Source of the DNA: Callorhinchus milii
Lineage: Eukaryota
Assembly: GCF_018977255.1 (NCBI RefSeq)
Contig: NW_024704742.1
Location: 56,422,001-56,486,000 of the forward strand
Length of the DNA stretch: 64,000 nt
Direction of reading: 5' to 3'
Position numbers and translations under genes: made by a program. Each line of letters opens with the position of its first letter. Position 1 is the stretch's first letter. The notes below the pieces were generated by a model. It worked only from the letters and a program-made list of their open reading frames with translations. It did not search any database and had not been told where the DNA came from. This document shows positions 25,016 to 38,789 of the stretch, one piece after another.

Positions 25016-25829
25016 GCAAGGATTATTATTATTATTAAAATAAAACTTTGGCCAGTAAATGTGTGTGGTTCTGTTTCAATTCAAATTAAAATGTCTAATC
25101 TCTGTAAGAAGCAGCTGCGCTAACCTCATATATAATCTCTCCAACCCACAGCTCGGGTGCAAACCCTTGACTGTCCAACCCCTTGGGACGTTTCTTCTAG
25201 TGTGAAAGGTGCTACACAAATGTAATTTGTTGTTGTTGTACATATTCTTAATGGAAATTTGGCTTCAGATTTATAAATATCCTCATTGTGGTGGAGCCTG
25301 AAAAGACTTGAACACTTAGCTCCAAGACATTTTTTTTTAAAATTTTTCCTTAGATGGAGTGCTCTGCTTCATCCAGTGGACTGGAAAAAACAATGTATCT
25401 ATTGAAAGCCGGAATGTTCAAATGTGAATCAAGGCTATGGGTTTGTAAACCTATAATTCCACTCCTGGAGCTACAAGGCTAGCCTAGAGGAGAAAGCTTT
25501 CACTGAACCAACAAGTCATTTGTGTGAATGACTTTCAAGAAACAAGACTGTTATATAAAAATTGACTTTGTTCTGCATTTTATGTACTTCTCCATCTGAT
25601 GAAGCATGAGGGACACTTTAACACATGTTTGCCTGAAGGTTTCAAGTATTTTAGCCCAGCTGACTACACAGCATTGAAAAATAACAAAATACATAATCTG
25701 CAGACTTTTGGAGAGAAACGATTGATTTCATTACATATAAAGCTCAATTGTTCCCTGTGACTGGAGATACTAGTTTTGTGGTTGTATTATATTGTGTTTC
25801 AAGAGATTTTCTGCTTATAAATAACCAAG

Positions 25830-26150
25830 AAGGTAAAAAGGTTCAACTTGGATATCTACTGAATGAACTGATCTCAGCAGGACGGTGATTAAACTTCAAC
25901 AACTGGTTTTATTGCTTCTACTCTTTATTGCTATCTGGTGATCTCTCCTCTCACCTGCCCCCAGTGAAAGTCAATGTGCGCATATGCATGTCGAGTTTTG
26001 ATGGGCTACATGGCTGAATAGTTCACCAACACTCACTGACAAGGTTCAAGCAAGAACATCTAGTTAGCTCAGGTATTGTAGGGCTTCTAATTGTTTGTGG
26101 AAGTTCCATAGTAGAAGTCATTGCCATCTCGAGAGGAGCAGGAAATTCCA
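25830..26150 (+). mobile_element. Degenerate copy of a second SINE-like family
   Basis: GGTTCAACTTGG...ACTGATCTCAGC matches the reverse complement of 61335-61375 (GGTTCAATCCCTGGTTTGTGCTGATCTCAGCTG), a B-box-like head. Confidence 0.45.
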
Positions 26151-27596
26151 CCCAGAAAAGAAAGCCTTTATTTTAAAATAAAGCATCACTGTTTGTCCAC
26201 TTCAAACCAGAAATTACATGATTTAACTGCATTGTGATGGAAGTTTAATTTATAATAATAATTTAATGGGACACATTTTGGCATTATGTACACAATAATG
26301 AATGCACATAGACTCATGGGCGAGAATGCTACCATTGGAGCCAGGCTGACACCTTATATTATACAGGATTGATTTAGTTTGGCTTTGCAGAATTTTGTAA
26401 TTCTATATTCTAAGACAATTGATCAGATCCAAGAGAAGGAATCCACCTCCACCCCCACCCCTCAACATACACACACACACATACACACATATAAACACAT
26501 ACTTCCACCCACACACACAGCCAACAAAAGATTATTTTTTACTTACCTATTTTTGCTTTATATTGAGGTCACAAATCACAAGATTGGTTCAAATCAAGAA
26601 GACCCTTTGACTCATTTGCTGCCATCCTTCCAGAACATCCACCTTTTTTAACTGAGTCCAGCATCCTGCCTCAACCACCCTTTGGTAATCTGTTCCAGTC
26701 ATTAATTACCTTCTGGAAAAGAAATGTATCTTTGTGTATGTATGGAAATTCCCCTTCGCATCTCTAAATCTGTACCATGTTGTTCCTATATCTCTCTATA
26801 TCCCAAAGTATTGTCCTGGGTTTACATTCTCAATCTCATTTTAAACCATAGAATCGTAGAATTATACAGTTCAGAAGGAGGCCATTTGGCCCATCTTGTC
26901 TGTGCTGGCTCTTTGAAAAGAGCTATCCAATTCAATCCCACTCCACCGCTCTCTCCCCATAGCCCTGCGAACTTGTCCTCCCCAAAATCTTGAACACTTC
27001 TGAGACATCTCATTTCAAGACTGAAGAGCCCTAACTTGTCTAATGTTGCTCATATCGCTTATTCTTCTAAACTGGGGATCACCCTCATTATTCTTGGCAG
27101 AGAATATACTGAAATTCTCCTCTATCCTTCACGTGTTACAGAAAAATACTTAATAACATAGCTGCTGCCATCTTTGTTGTTAGCGATCGCAGTGCTGCCA
27201 TCAATGCCGATCATGGGGCGAGATGTCTTACTCTGCTCCATGAGATGCCTGATCAAAAAACATCAATGAAAAAAATCAAGATTTAAGTATTCAAGTTAAA
27301 AATTTAAAGTGCCACTTATTGAAATATCTGTTTACTAAATATCCATTTCCCCTTACGGTAAATGATGATCAAATCGAGTTGAAATGAATTCAACTGGAAT
27401 TCTGGCTTTGACAGACTGAACCATCTGTTTAATGTCTCATTGGTGCCCTCTGCTGATGATGCACAGATGTGTCCATATAGCAACTGGATCCACACGGCTC
27501 TGCAAACAATTTGATTCAAACTGCATGGATTTTAAACATAGATTTTGTCTGTGAAGTACAAAATGTGATTATGATTAACGTCTGACTTACAGACCA

Positions 27597-27992
27597 GCCA
27601 GGCTCAATTGGTAGTATTCTGGCTTGTAAGTCAGAAGGTTGTGAGGTTTTGGATTCAAATCTCACATCGGGACTTGGAGTCTATGTTGACACTCCATTGT
27701 TTTGCTGGGGATGTGCTACATTGTTGGAAGTGCCGTACTTCAGAGGAGACATTAAAACGAGTTCCCGTCTGCTTGTTCGGGTGACATTGTTTGAAAAAAG
27801 AAGCGAATTTTTCTCGGTGTTCCAGATAAGTATTGATTTTTTACTTCATGGCTATTTGTGGGACATTGCTGTGCAAAAATTGGCTACTGCTTTCATTTAC
27901 AAATATGCATTTACTGCAATACGCAGTAAAAACTGTGAAGTATTTTGAGACAGCTCAACAATGTTATAAGGTGCTATATCAAATTTAAGGAA
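27597..27992 (+). mobile_element. Old tRNA-Deu-domain SINE
   Basis: Head GGCTCAATTGGTAGTATTCT...GATTCAAATC; TGTGGGACATTGCTGTGCAAAAATTGGCT; shared tail. Confidence 0.75.
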
Positions 27993-28679
27993 TTTTTTTT
28001 TGTATGATTGCAGCAACAAAACTGTACAATTCACAATGTTACAAAAACATTCCACATGTAATTAATCTTGTCATACTCTAAATCGGCCCAACAGTATAAG
28101 TGGAAATATAATAAATTATTTTAGATCATAGACTTAATTCTGAAAATTCCATTCTCCGCTTAATGATATATCTGCTTTAAAGCTGGTGTTTTGTGTCCCA
28201 GTACAATATTATAATTTTATTACCTGGTGACTCACTGAACAATTTAAGAAATGGAGATAAAAATATAACTTATAGATATAATTATCACATAACAATGTTG
28301 GGAAACATTGCAAATTTTTTGATGAGATGTCATTAATTTCACCCACTAGAAAAATTCAAAATAAGTATCTTAGCCACAGGAAATGAGCCACTTGGTCTGG
28401 ACAAATGGTTGTTTTTTGTTTTTTCGGCCAAGACAGCTAATAAAGAGTCGAAAATGTAATTGAGTAAGAAATAAGTGTAAACCTAACTTTCCATTTGTAG
28501 TGCTCAAAGGCAAACATTTCCTCCCTTCAGCTTCAGGGCTGTATTTGCTTAAAAGATGCCAGAATGTTTTTAAAAAATCTAACCACTGGAATGTCTTTTA
28601 AATCCATGGTAATTCAATGTGGACAGATAGATGACAGACACACAGATATATGCTTCCTGCTTGGTACTCTTGAGTTATG

Positions 28680-29000
28680 GGGTGAAGGAGGGCAGAATGT
28701 AGGGGGGCGGTCGAAAAGGAGGGTCTTGAGTTGTGCTTTGAAGGAGGCAAGAGAGGAAGCAAGGCAAAGGGATTGTGAGATGGAGTTTCAAAGGGTGCAG
28801 GCAGAGAGGCTGAAAGCCTGGCCACCGATGGTAGGGTGGGTCGGGCAGGAGACATGGAGCAGGCCAGAGCCTGCTGAACAGAGAGAGCGGACAGATTGAT
28901 ATGGGGTCAGCAGGTCAGAGATGTAGAAGGCCTTGAAAGTGGAGGGCCTTTAAAGTGAGGACAAGGATTTTGAATTCTATCCTCTGAGGGATGAGGAACC
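28680..29000 (-). mobile_element. L2 3' fragment
   Basis: Homologous to 10300-10590 of the full-length L2. Confidence 0.85.
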
Positions 29001-31419
29001 CTCCATTTTACAAATCTTGAATATCAGTCCGGAGTATTTCTTGTGTGTTTCTTTCCATTTAACAGTACTCAATCACTTTTGAGCAAAATTTCCAATCAGC
29101 CGAACAGAATGCGATACTACAACACATTAAGAGTAATGCTCCGGAAATCCTATAGCATCCCTTGGTCCCTCTCCATGCACTAATGCCCTTATTTTGCACA
29201 CAAAATACAGAGTTCACTTTACAGTATATTCTGTGAAGTGCTTTAAGAGGTCTCAAAGACACGATAAGACACTATATCAAATACAAGGATTACTATTATT
29301 ATTAACCTTTTGATATATATAATTAAGTGGTACAGGACGACCTTGAAACAACTGCTGTGTTTCACGTACTTGAACGCTCAGGGGGAAATAGTGTCTTAAA
29401 CTGTAGGATTGAAATTCCATGACACAACTGTTGAAAGAGTGACCATCAATTTATGTTTTTTTAATGCTGGTTCAGTTGCACTGATATTCTTGGGAACTCA
29501 ATCACAGACAGCATGCAAGGGGTCCTCTGACACACTATTTAGGGTGCTCTACATGGTCATGTCACTTAGTTATCACTATAGGGGGGGGAGGAGCAACCTA
29601 AAGCTGGTGCCTAGATTTCATCGAGCCCCCCCTCTCCTCCATAACTCGTAAATTTTATATTATGTTTCTGGAAGGGAAACACAAAAATATTGCTTACTCG
29701 TCCCTCGGATGTTTCTCAAATAGAGCATCCGGCCAAAAGATTGGACCATCCTGCTTTATCCTATGGTTTACATGATGAAAATTCTGTCAACCTCCCATAC
29801 AGTTGCTCTGAACAGCAGACACTGACACACCCAGTCCTTGGGGTTAATAAATATTTATTACATGTCGGTAGAGAATCCGGGATCTCTTAAAGATAAAATA
29901 GTTCAGAAAATTCCATTATTGAAAAATATGGAAAGAAAATTATTAACACAAAGATAGAACGATATAGATTTACATAGATAGTGCAGCACAAAACAGGCCA
30001 TTTGGCCCAAGAAGTCTGTGCTGGTGTTTATACTCCTCATCACTCTCTATTTTCTTTCCAGACCCTTCTGTTCCCGTCTCCCCCATGTATGTCTAGTTTC
30101 CTTTTAAATGCATCTATGGAGTCTCCATGTTTAGTTGAAGAGTCATAAACTGTTTTGTATTTGCCTAGAAACTACACTTTATAGTATAACCTGTGCAGCA
30201 CTTTGGGATTTCTTTCTGGCATGAAAGGTTCTTTGACAAATGTAAGTATTACTAATTATTATAAACCAATGTCCAATTCTCTTTGAAGTCTGAAGTCATT
30301 GAACTGTCAAAGCAGTTCCAATTGAAATAGATGAAATGGTTGATATGAGTCACTTGAGATAGTTAATATTCTTGGAAAGTTTCAGTTTGTAGCTTATTTC
30401 TCCTTACTTTAGCCAAGAGGACTGTGATGTATGCCATAGCTTTCTCAAAGCTGCCTGGAGCCATTCCACCTGCAGCCTGCTGCTTTCTCTCACATCAACA
30501 GAAACCTAACATTTTGGAGTGCGATTGTTGAAATGAACCATGTGTTCCTGCTGATTTGGGAAAGTGCCACAGGAGTAATTGAGGGAAAGTCATCATGGGT
30601 CTCACTAGTGTTACAGGGTTAGAGTTAGGGCTGAGCCCTCGGGTGAGCAGGCAAGGAAGTGGCCACCATGAGGGCCGAAGGTTTCAATATTCCAGGCTGG
30701 AGCTCCCCTTCCCAGCACCCGCTTCCCCTCACTGCTTTAACCAGGACTTCACAAAGAAGACTCTCCACTGCATGCATAGGAGCTTGGAACCATGAAGTAA
30801 AAATCCTGTGAAACTCTTTAAGACATTTTGACAATGTGATAAGGCATTATAGCAAGTGCAAGGATTAATATTATTATATGTGCTGGATTTGTCCTTATGG
30901 AAAAAGTATGTTAAGTTTGGCACTACCTTTGTTTGCTTAATACCCCTAGTCACCTCTTTCTTCTATGTTTCATTTATCTCTCATCAATCTCCTTTATCCC
31001 CGTAAGCATATCAATATTCATTCTATTTCACACATTTCACCTACAGCCTTGCATTTTCTCCCCATGCCACATTTATTTTAGATTGTACTCCATTCCACAC
31101 TCTGTTTTTTCAATAGATTATATTTCCCAGGTTCTTTTAAAGAAGTGTCCTGTCAAAAATGTTTGTCTAACTTTTATAATGTTTTCCTGCATTCAAAATC
31201 TTTTTTTGTATTTTTATATGCACTATGTGAATTTGATACTTTATTATTTGTAGCTGAAACTCGATGGAAGAATCTACCTTAGGATCTGAATGTACATTTC
31301 CTTAAGAACAGGAGTAGGCCATTTGGCCTATCGAACCTGTTCCATCATTTTCCAAGATCATGACTGATCCACAACTCAATTCCACCCCTCCTGCCCTCTC
31401 TCCATATCCCTTGAGTCCT

Positions 31420-31741
31420 GGAGTCCTGTAGCTCAGTGGTTAGAGCACTCGCTTTGCAAGTGAGAGACCTGAGTTCAATTCCAGGCAGGGCGAAACCTTG
31501 GGCAAGTTTCCTTACTCCACATGCCTAATAATGATCCCTCCAAAACCAAAAACAATAATAAATTGGTCATTTTCAATCTACGACTGTTTGTGGGACATTG
31601 CTGTGCGCAATTGGCTGCCGCGTTTGCCCACAAATATACAGTCAATTCACTTTACAGTGTGTTCTGTGAAGCGCTTTGGGACATCCTCCCGACATGAAAA
31701 GCGTTATATCAAATGCAAGGATTATTATTATTATTATTATT
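31420..31741 (+). mobile_element. Young tRNA-derived SINE, full length, inserted in a CR1 tail fragment
   Basis: GGAGTCCTGTAGCTCAGTGGTTAGAGCACTCGCTTTGCAAG...(TTA)n, with TTGAG on both flanks. Confidence 0.93.
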
Positions 31742-32930
31742 GAGACCCATATCTAGCAAATATTCAACTAATTGCCTTTTGAACTTGTTGATTGAAACAT
31801 TTCAAATTTCAAATTTTCAATTTCCAGGGGAAATTTGTTACGGGTGATATGTTAATTGCCATGGGTGTTAATTATCACCAGTGGTAATTATCACATCGTT
31901 GCTAAATGTAGTCAACAAAGCCAATTGATAAACAAACTTTTGTTTCAATCAAGCAAGGATCATAAAACTTTGATTCTTAGCCACACGTTAACTGCAATTT
32001 CGAAAGCACATCTTAATTAAGATATGGAAAATTGTTACTACTATTATAATATTCCCCGCTATGTCTCTCTGAAAATGTCTCCTGAATCCCTCTTTCTCAT
32101 TCTCTCTATGCAAATACCCAATCAAATGACATGGACAGCACCTTCAGCCACCTCTCTGTTACTCCAACCCATCACAAGCTCCTACGCTGTGATGTAACGT
32201 GCTCTGACTTCTTTTCCTATTTGAAAGACACTACATAAATACAAGTTATTAAAGGCCTCATTTTGCTTATGAGTTTTTGATATTTTTATTCAGAAAGGAA
32301 CAACTTGCATTTTTATAATGCCTTAACACATCAACATGCCTGAAAGCCCTTTACAATAATAATGTTTTGACTGTTTTTGTAGGCAAACACATCAGCTATC
32401 TTGCATTTAGAAAGGTCCCATAAGTTGCGACAAAGAATTAAAAGGTAAGTGACTAATGTATCTGGAAGACTGCAGAGATTAATTAAAGAGAGCATCTCCA
32501 ACAATCAAAACAGGTATGAGCTTCAACTGAAAGTTCAGATCCCAACTTAGAGTTGGAACTCACAACTTCTTGACCCAAAGGCAGACTAACAAGCCAATAC
32601 CATGAAAAAAATCCTGAAAATATCTAAATATATCTAGAAAAATATACTGAAATGCATGTTGCTAAACTTATTTGCAGTTGTCTGGTTTATGTGAAAATCA
32701 ATAGATAGCCCTAGAGGTAGTGTAGTGAAGAGCAATGAAGACAATCCTTACTGTTGGAGAAATGAGCTATGAGCATTGATTTTCCAAGCTACAGCTTGTC
32801 AGTCTTGAAAATAGATATTTCAGTGATCTTGCCAGAGGTATATAAGATTTGAAGTAAGTATTGAGAAAGTAAACAACATTTTCCTGGCACCAAATGTGTT
32901 CAGATGTCATTTTTAAATATTGTTATTGTT

Positions 32931-33244
32931 GAGACCTGTAGCTCAGTGGTTAGAGCCTCGCAAGTGAGAGACCTGGGTTCGTTTCCTTACTCCAGCCACG
33001 TCTGCTTACCTAGCAGTAAGTAGAAACCCGGTTGTTAGTCAATTGGCAGATTGCTTTTCCAGGGGTAATAATTCCTTCAAAAAAAATGAGTCACTTGATC
33101 CACAAATGTTTGTGGCACACTGCTGTGCGCAATTGGCTACTGCAGTCAATTCACTTTACAGTATATTCTCTGAGGTGCTTTGAGACATCTCAAAGACATG
33201 GTAAAGTGCTATATTAAATGAAAGGATGAGTATTATTGTTATTA
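32931..33244 (+). mobile_element. tRNA-derived SINE, long variant, internally deleted
   Basis: CCTGTAGCTCAGTGGTTAGAGC head, extra internal segment, shared tail. Confidence 0.85.
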
Positions 33245-34519
33245 AATGAACCTTCACAATGGCTACCTTACATGCTGCAAATGTCCAAACATTCTTTGAT
33301 TCTATCTATTGCATTCAGACCTTTATCATACATTCTTTCATTTTGACGAATAGATTTGTAATTAATAGAGTTACATAAAGTGATACGGCATAGAAACAGA
33401 CCATTCGAACCAACTAGTCCATGCCATTGTTTACACTCCACAAGAGCCCCCTACTCCCTTCACTTATACCACTATATGTCCAGCCAAGTTTGTCAAGCAT
33501 TTGAGATATCCTCCCAATATGAAAGACACTATATAAATGTAAAGCCTATTGCATATTACCTTCTCCCTTATGTATACATCACATTTTCTGTTAAAAACTT
33601 GAGAAACTAATGGGCTATTAGATATATTAGTTCATGCATCAAGTGCAGGTAATCATCACTTGTATTTCAGAAAACAATCTTAACCAGTCATTTCATATTA
33701 TAAATTCTGACAAATTTTATCTAAAAGATATTGTCTGAAGAATTTGGGTAGTAATGAAATCTGAATAGAATTGTTCCAAGATTATTCATTGCATCTAGGA
33801 TTTTAAATGATAAAAAATGGACGACAGCTAATGTTAAATCCCCTGTGGGAGTTTCTCAACAAGCTTTGAGATTAATTGATCATTCACATCTCATAGTTGT
33901 TTGAGAGAATTGCTGGTGGAGATGCATTTGTCTTTTGCATTTGTGCATTTGTCTTACAAAAAAGGTCACTGCAATTGACAGTAATTACCTGGAAAGTGCT
34001 AAGAGGTGTTTTGATGCGAAAAAAATAAAATGTCAGCTCCTTCTTTCAGCCTGATTGGTTGTCCTGGATCTCCTTTCACAAAAGGAACAAGAAGTTATAA
34101 AAAATGTGAAAAGGGTAAGAAATTCTGGGCCACCTGCAGCAGGTTCCCAAATGTTAGTGAGTTTCTCTTTCTGCATGTTTTTTTTCTGCCATTCCAGCTC
34201 ATGGCAATTAGGTCCACAGCTCTATATGGTTAATTTATATAAATTACATTTTACTCTCAGGCAAGATTGCCTCAATGATTTTTTAAAAAAAATTCAAGTG
34301 CATCAAGGTAGGGAATAGAGTAAGAAATGAGTCAAGAGCCAAACTCAATGTCATCAGTTTGAAATGTGGATTGTAGCTCAAGGCAATGAAATCCATTGTA
34401 GTTATTCCATGATGATCATTTTAGTACTTACAAACTCGTTTTGCTATCACTGAAAGTGAGAATAGACTTACAGCAATTTAACCTTAAATTAAATTAAATT
34501 AAATTAAATTGTGTACACA

Positions 34520-34730
34520 CAAGCACAGCTAAACATTTGAAACAGACTAATCAGTGGTGCAGAGTCGATAAGCAAGGCAAACAGTATGTTGGGCTATATT
34601 GCTAAAGCAGTTGAGTTTAGATCCCCAGACATTATACTCAGGCTGCTCTCGTCAGATTGTACCTGGAGAACTGCATACAGTTCGAGTCACTGCAGCATAA
34701 GGGGACTGCTAGATGGTTGAGGACAATGCG
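34520..34730 (+). mobile_element. CR1 ORF2 fragment
   Basis: KANSMLGYIAKAVEFRSPDIILRL...LENCIQF resembles the CR1 C-terminal region. Confidence 0.7.
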
Positions 34731-35074
34731 CTGATCTTTTTAAAAAACAGATTGATGCTTTAAATTCTACAAATGTTACCCCAATGATTTATGGAGGGAG
34801 AAAGTCCAGGTTTGAATCAAGAACATAATACCAGCTACATTCTGGGATATTTTATTGGTCCTAGTTTTGTAATTCAAAAGTGCAGCAAAAAGAACAGTTG
34901 CCAAAAAAGATTTTTCACACATGCTCCAGTGAACATTTCATGTGCTAGCTCAAAAAATTGCACACATCCTGAAACTGCTGGTTAATTACTCCCAAAGTAA
35001 TAATACATAACCATTTTGCAGACAGAGAACAAATAGTTCATTGGTATCTTTTATCACAACAACTAATGGTTTTG

Positions 35075-35454
35075 TTTTTGGTCAGCGAGTTGTCTGAGAA
35101 TGTGGAAACCCATTACTATGCTTGAGCATCCAAACGAGACTGAGAGTTACACATCCATATGTCATCTACAAATGGAAATTCCCTGGGTCTGGAATGGAAT
35201 GCACATTGTTACTTGGGGGAGACGCACCCTATTTACCTAATTTCAGGGTGTATCTGGTGACTGTTGAAGAGATCCAAGGCTGCAGACCTCAGAGTGTATG
35301 TTGGGATGCGGCTAGAGTTTAACCATCTAAAACTGCATACCTTGTCATTGAGAGCATTGTCTGGCAAGCTTTCTGCTGCTTGTCAAGATCTCCATTATGG
35401 CTTTGGCTTGCCGGTTTAACAGGAGCAAAATGGGAAAGAATCCCTGCTCCCAGT
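35075..35454 (-). repeat. Unclassified ~650-bp family, 3' part
   Basis: Reverse complement aligns to 55920-56297 (GACAAGCAGCAGAAAGCTTGCCAGACA...GCTGACCAAAAA). Confidence 0.85.
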
Positions 35455-35579
35455 TTATATTTGGAAAAAATCCCTGTGATTTGCTTCTAGTCCCTGGTTT
35501 GGCGGATTATTCTAAAAATGTAACACTCTTTTGCCTAAAGAAAGTTTTTCAATATACAGTATGTTTTAAATTGATTTCT

Positions 35580-36130
35580 TACTAATTTCCATTTACTGAT
35601 ATGTTATCTGTTCCTACTTTCTTGATTTACTTTGAACTAGCAGTCTAGTTTTAACTTATCTGTTCTATTTGACATACTTTGATAACTGCTTCTTGCTGAA
35701 TCATAGAGCTGAAGTTCACAAATATTTCTTCATAGCTTATCTCCTTCACACATAAGTGTATTTTTTTTTCTTTTCCGCATCATTTGATGTTAATATCTCT
35801 CTTTGCTGTGTGATGACAAACTGAACACAGCAATAAGTGCAACCAATGCATTGTAAAGGCTGAGAATATTTTCTGAAGTAATACATTCTACTATTTTGGC
35901 TATATATCCTGGAGTTCTATTAGCATTTAATTACTTCACCACATTGCCAAGTCATTGAATGTGATCTGTCCATTATTACTTCCATGCATCTCTACAAGTC
36001 TCCTAGCTCTAATGTAATTATATTCACTGAATGCTTATGTCTAACATTTTGTTCCACCTGACCTCATTACTTTGCATCTTTTAACGTCAAGGTTAATTTA
36101 CTACATGTCTACCCAACTTCATACTCCTTT
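35580..36130 (-). mobile_element. Old CR1 ORF2 fragment
   Basis: Minus-strand segments read NRTPGYIAKIVECITSENILSLYNALVALIAVFS and YEEIFVNFSS, resembling the CR1 C-terminus. Confidence 0.55.
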
Positions 36131-37282
36131 TTCCTCTAGCTCTACTTTAACTTTCACGAACCCATAGTTAATTCCTCAGTTGGGAAAGTGTAAGAATAAC
36201 ATAGCGAAAGCATTTTTCCTCACTGCAGCGATTTTCATTGAAGTAACTTTCCATCTGAAGCATCCTACATATGAGGGCCAAGAATGTGAAAACAACCATG
36301 ATGTGAAGTGGCTTTTTGAGATGCTAATGTACATATGAAGGTGAAATACAGGCTGTAACTTTACAGACAGTGGGATGTAGTACTGAGAAGTGACTCGAGG
36401 GAAAAGAAGATTGACTTGGGCACATATTAGAGCTCAACAGGAGTTAAGAGATTGTGTGAATGGATGGAGTGGACAAAACATGCAAAAGTACTGGGGGTAT
36501 GTCAGGTGAATGCTTGAAATACTAGTCTTGTGTGGAGTTTAAACATCAGCACAGATTGGTTGTGCCAGTCGCCTGTATCCGTGTTGTACATTCTTTGTAA
36601 ATCTTTGCAATGGCAAGAGAAGTACTCTCACCGTATTTCTCCCTTCACAAACTTTTGACACAAACATGTGTAGTTATGTGTAAACTCTTTTCTCCATGTG
36701 ATATGAAGAAGAAGTTGATTCCTCTATGTTTAAATGCTGCTCCCACATCCCTTTCCCACATGTATCGCAGAATAACACATTAATATAATCTGATGCAGAG
36801 AGTCCATTCTACACAAGAATGTGGCAGATAAATCACCAATATTACTGCCTGATGTATAGAGCAGCATATTATATGCTGTGAATTTTCATTGTGCACTCTA
36901 TCAGAATTTAAGAGAAAACAACTTGAATCAGCGATTGATCTTGCTGAAACCTAGACTTTTTATGGCATGTTCTAGTAGTCCATTAATTATATCTGTTAGT
37001 GAAACTTTACCATACATTTTAGTATTTGTAGCAAGCTGTAAATCAAGGTACAGCATCTGTGTCTCATGTTACCATGTAATATTGATGCTGCATCTCATGT
37101 CTATTTTATCATTTGCTTCGAAGGGCAATTCTATAATTTAGTTCCATTAGAATTAAATCATCTTGTCATTTTGTGACATAACTTTATAATGTGACAGATC
37201 CTAAGTGCCTGTTTCTATGTTCATTTATCATGTTCATCCAGTATGTCTTTTTGCTAGGCTATCTCGCAACTTGGAACTAACT

Positions 37283-37980
37283 TACAACAACAAAATGGCC
37301 TTTGTATATCGCCTTTCACGTCAGGAGGACATCCCAACGCGCTGGAAAATCAGTGTTTGGGACCCAAGCTGGGGGTTGCAATCAGGATGGTTGAAGGGCA
37401 AGGGGATGAAGAAGGATGACCAAAGGCATGGTTGAAGAGGAGGGTCTTGAGACAGGTCTTGAAAGAGGCAAGGGAGGGGACGAGGTGGAGGGACTGCAGA
37501 ATGGAGTTCCAGAGGATGAGGGCAGAAGGCCCACCCATCAATGGTGTGGAAGTTGAGGCGGGGGACATGAAACAGGCCGGAGCCCACTGAGCGGAAAGAG
37601 CGGACAGGTTGGTAGGGGCTTAGAAGGTCACAGAGGTAGGGGTGCACAGGGCTATGGAGGGCTTTGGACCAGGATCTTGAACTGTATCCTCTGTGTGATG
37701 AGAAGCCAGTGGAGTCGGTCGAGGATGGTGGTGATCGAGTCGCGTTGCCTGGTGCGGGAGAGGACACAGGCTGCAGAGTTCTGAATGATCTGCAGCCTAT
37801 GGAGGGAGGAGTTGGCGAGGCCGACAAGCAGGGAGTTTGTGTAGTTGAGCCTGGATGTTATGAATGCCCGTATGAGGATCTCAGCAGCCTGCGGTGTGAG
37901 ACAGTGGCATTGCAGGCGATGTTGCGAAGATGGGGAAGGCAGAGCGGCACATGGCACGGATGTGGGGTAGAAAGGATACA
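37283..37980 (-). mobile_element. 5'-truncated L2
   Basis: LTPQAAEILIRAFITSRLNYTNSLL...LQIIQNSAA...LHWLLITQRIQFKIL, with tail. Confidence 0.9.
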
Positions 37981-38224
37981 GCATACTGTTTTTATATTAA
38001 GCTCCGGGATGTCCCTGTAACATCACAGGGACACTCCGGAGGCCACATGCTCAGTGTTTTCAAGCATTCTGTAAAGAGTGTGGTGGGAGATAGAGGAATG
38101 AGAGGCATGGTTCATGAGTTTTCAGGGTTAATGGAAACCAAGTGGGAAGAATACAATACAATACAATTTACATTCATGTAGCACCTTCTACATTGGGAGG
38201 ATGTCTCAAAGTCTCCTGCTCCAA

Positions 38225-38436
38225 CTGAACTGTTTATCACTCCAAGTCCTGTCGATTAGCCAGGCTGCTTGATCTGTCATCATCGGTGTACGAGAGTATT
38301 ACGAATCCATATGGCTCAGGAACTGGAATACCAAGATCACCACAGAATATTGACTCAGTTGTAACATTCCGTTACCAAGCATGTCATCTTGGACCCAGCT
38401 CAGCCCACTTACCTATCCCCCCATAAGAATAGTCAC
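38225..38436 (-). repeat. Unclassified ~650-bp family, 5' part
   Basis: Reverse complement starts GTGACTATTCTT... and contains GGGTCCAAGATGACATGC and CCTGGCTAATCGACAGGAC, aligning to 55633-55915. Confidence 0.8.
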
Positions 38437-38789
38437 TCGTTGGTAAGCTTGTAGCATACACGAAACGTATGACTGCTTCACACATTCACCTCCAGGCTGT
38501 AAGTTGTAGTTTTGCATTCCAATTTCTTACTTCATTGATTTCCCCATTAAAACAGATGATTGGTTTGATTGAGTGCTTCCAACACTGATGGTACACATTC
38601 TGCTCCACATATGTATACACTTGAAGATATGATCTGTTTAAAAATCTTGAGGCATGAAATCCTATCTAGGAGATAGCACAGCATGCAATCTTAATTTGAA
38701 AACTGTTTTCCTGCAAATTCTGAAAAATCCTGGCTTTGAAATTTAGACTCAATAGATGGAATTTTAAGCCTAACATGCCTTAATCTCTA

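Noticed and set aside
27350..27520. Minus-strand open stretch bounded by cag| and |gtaagg
   Set aside because: The translation resembles no protein I recognise and I found no partner exons.
30662..30811. GCCACCATG followed by a 47-codon ORF
   Set aside because: Short, with no recognisable domain or splice support; such a match is plausible by chance.
31420..31492. tRNA-Ala(TGC)-like sequence with A and B boxes (also at 17995, 50204, 52550 and elsewhere)
   Set aside because: It is the head of a SINE: always followed by the same body and tail, with no proper acceptor stem.
34484..34510. (TTAAA)n run
   Set aside because: Ordinary microsatellite.
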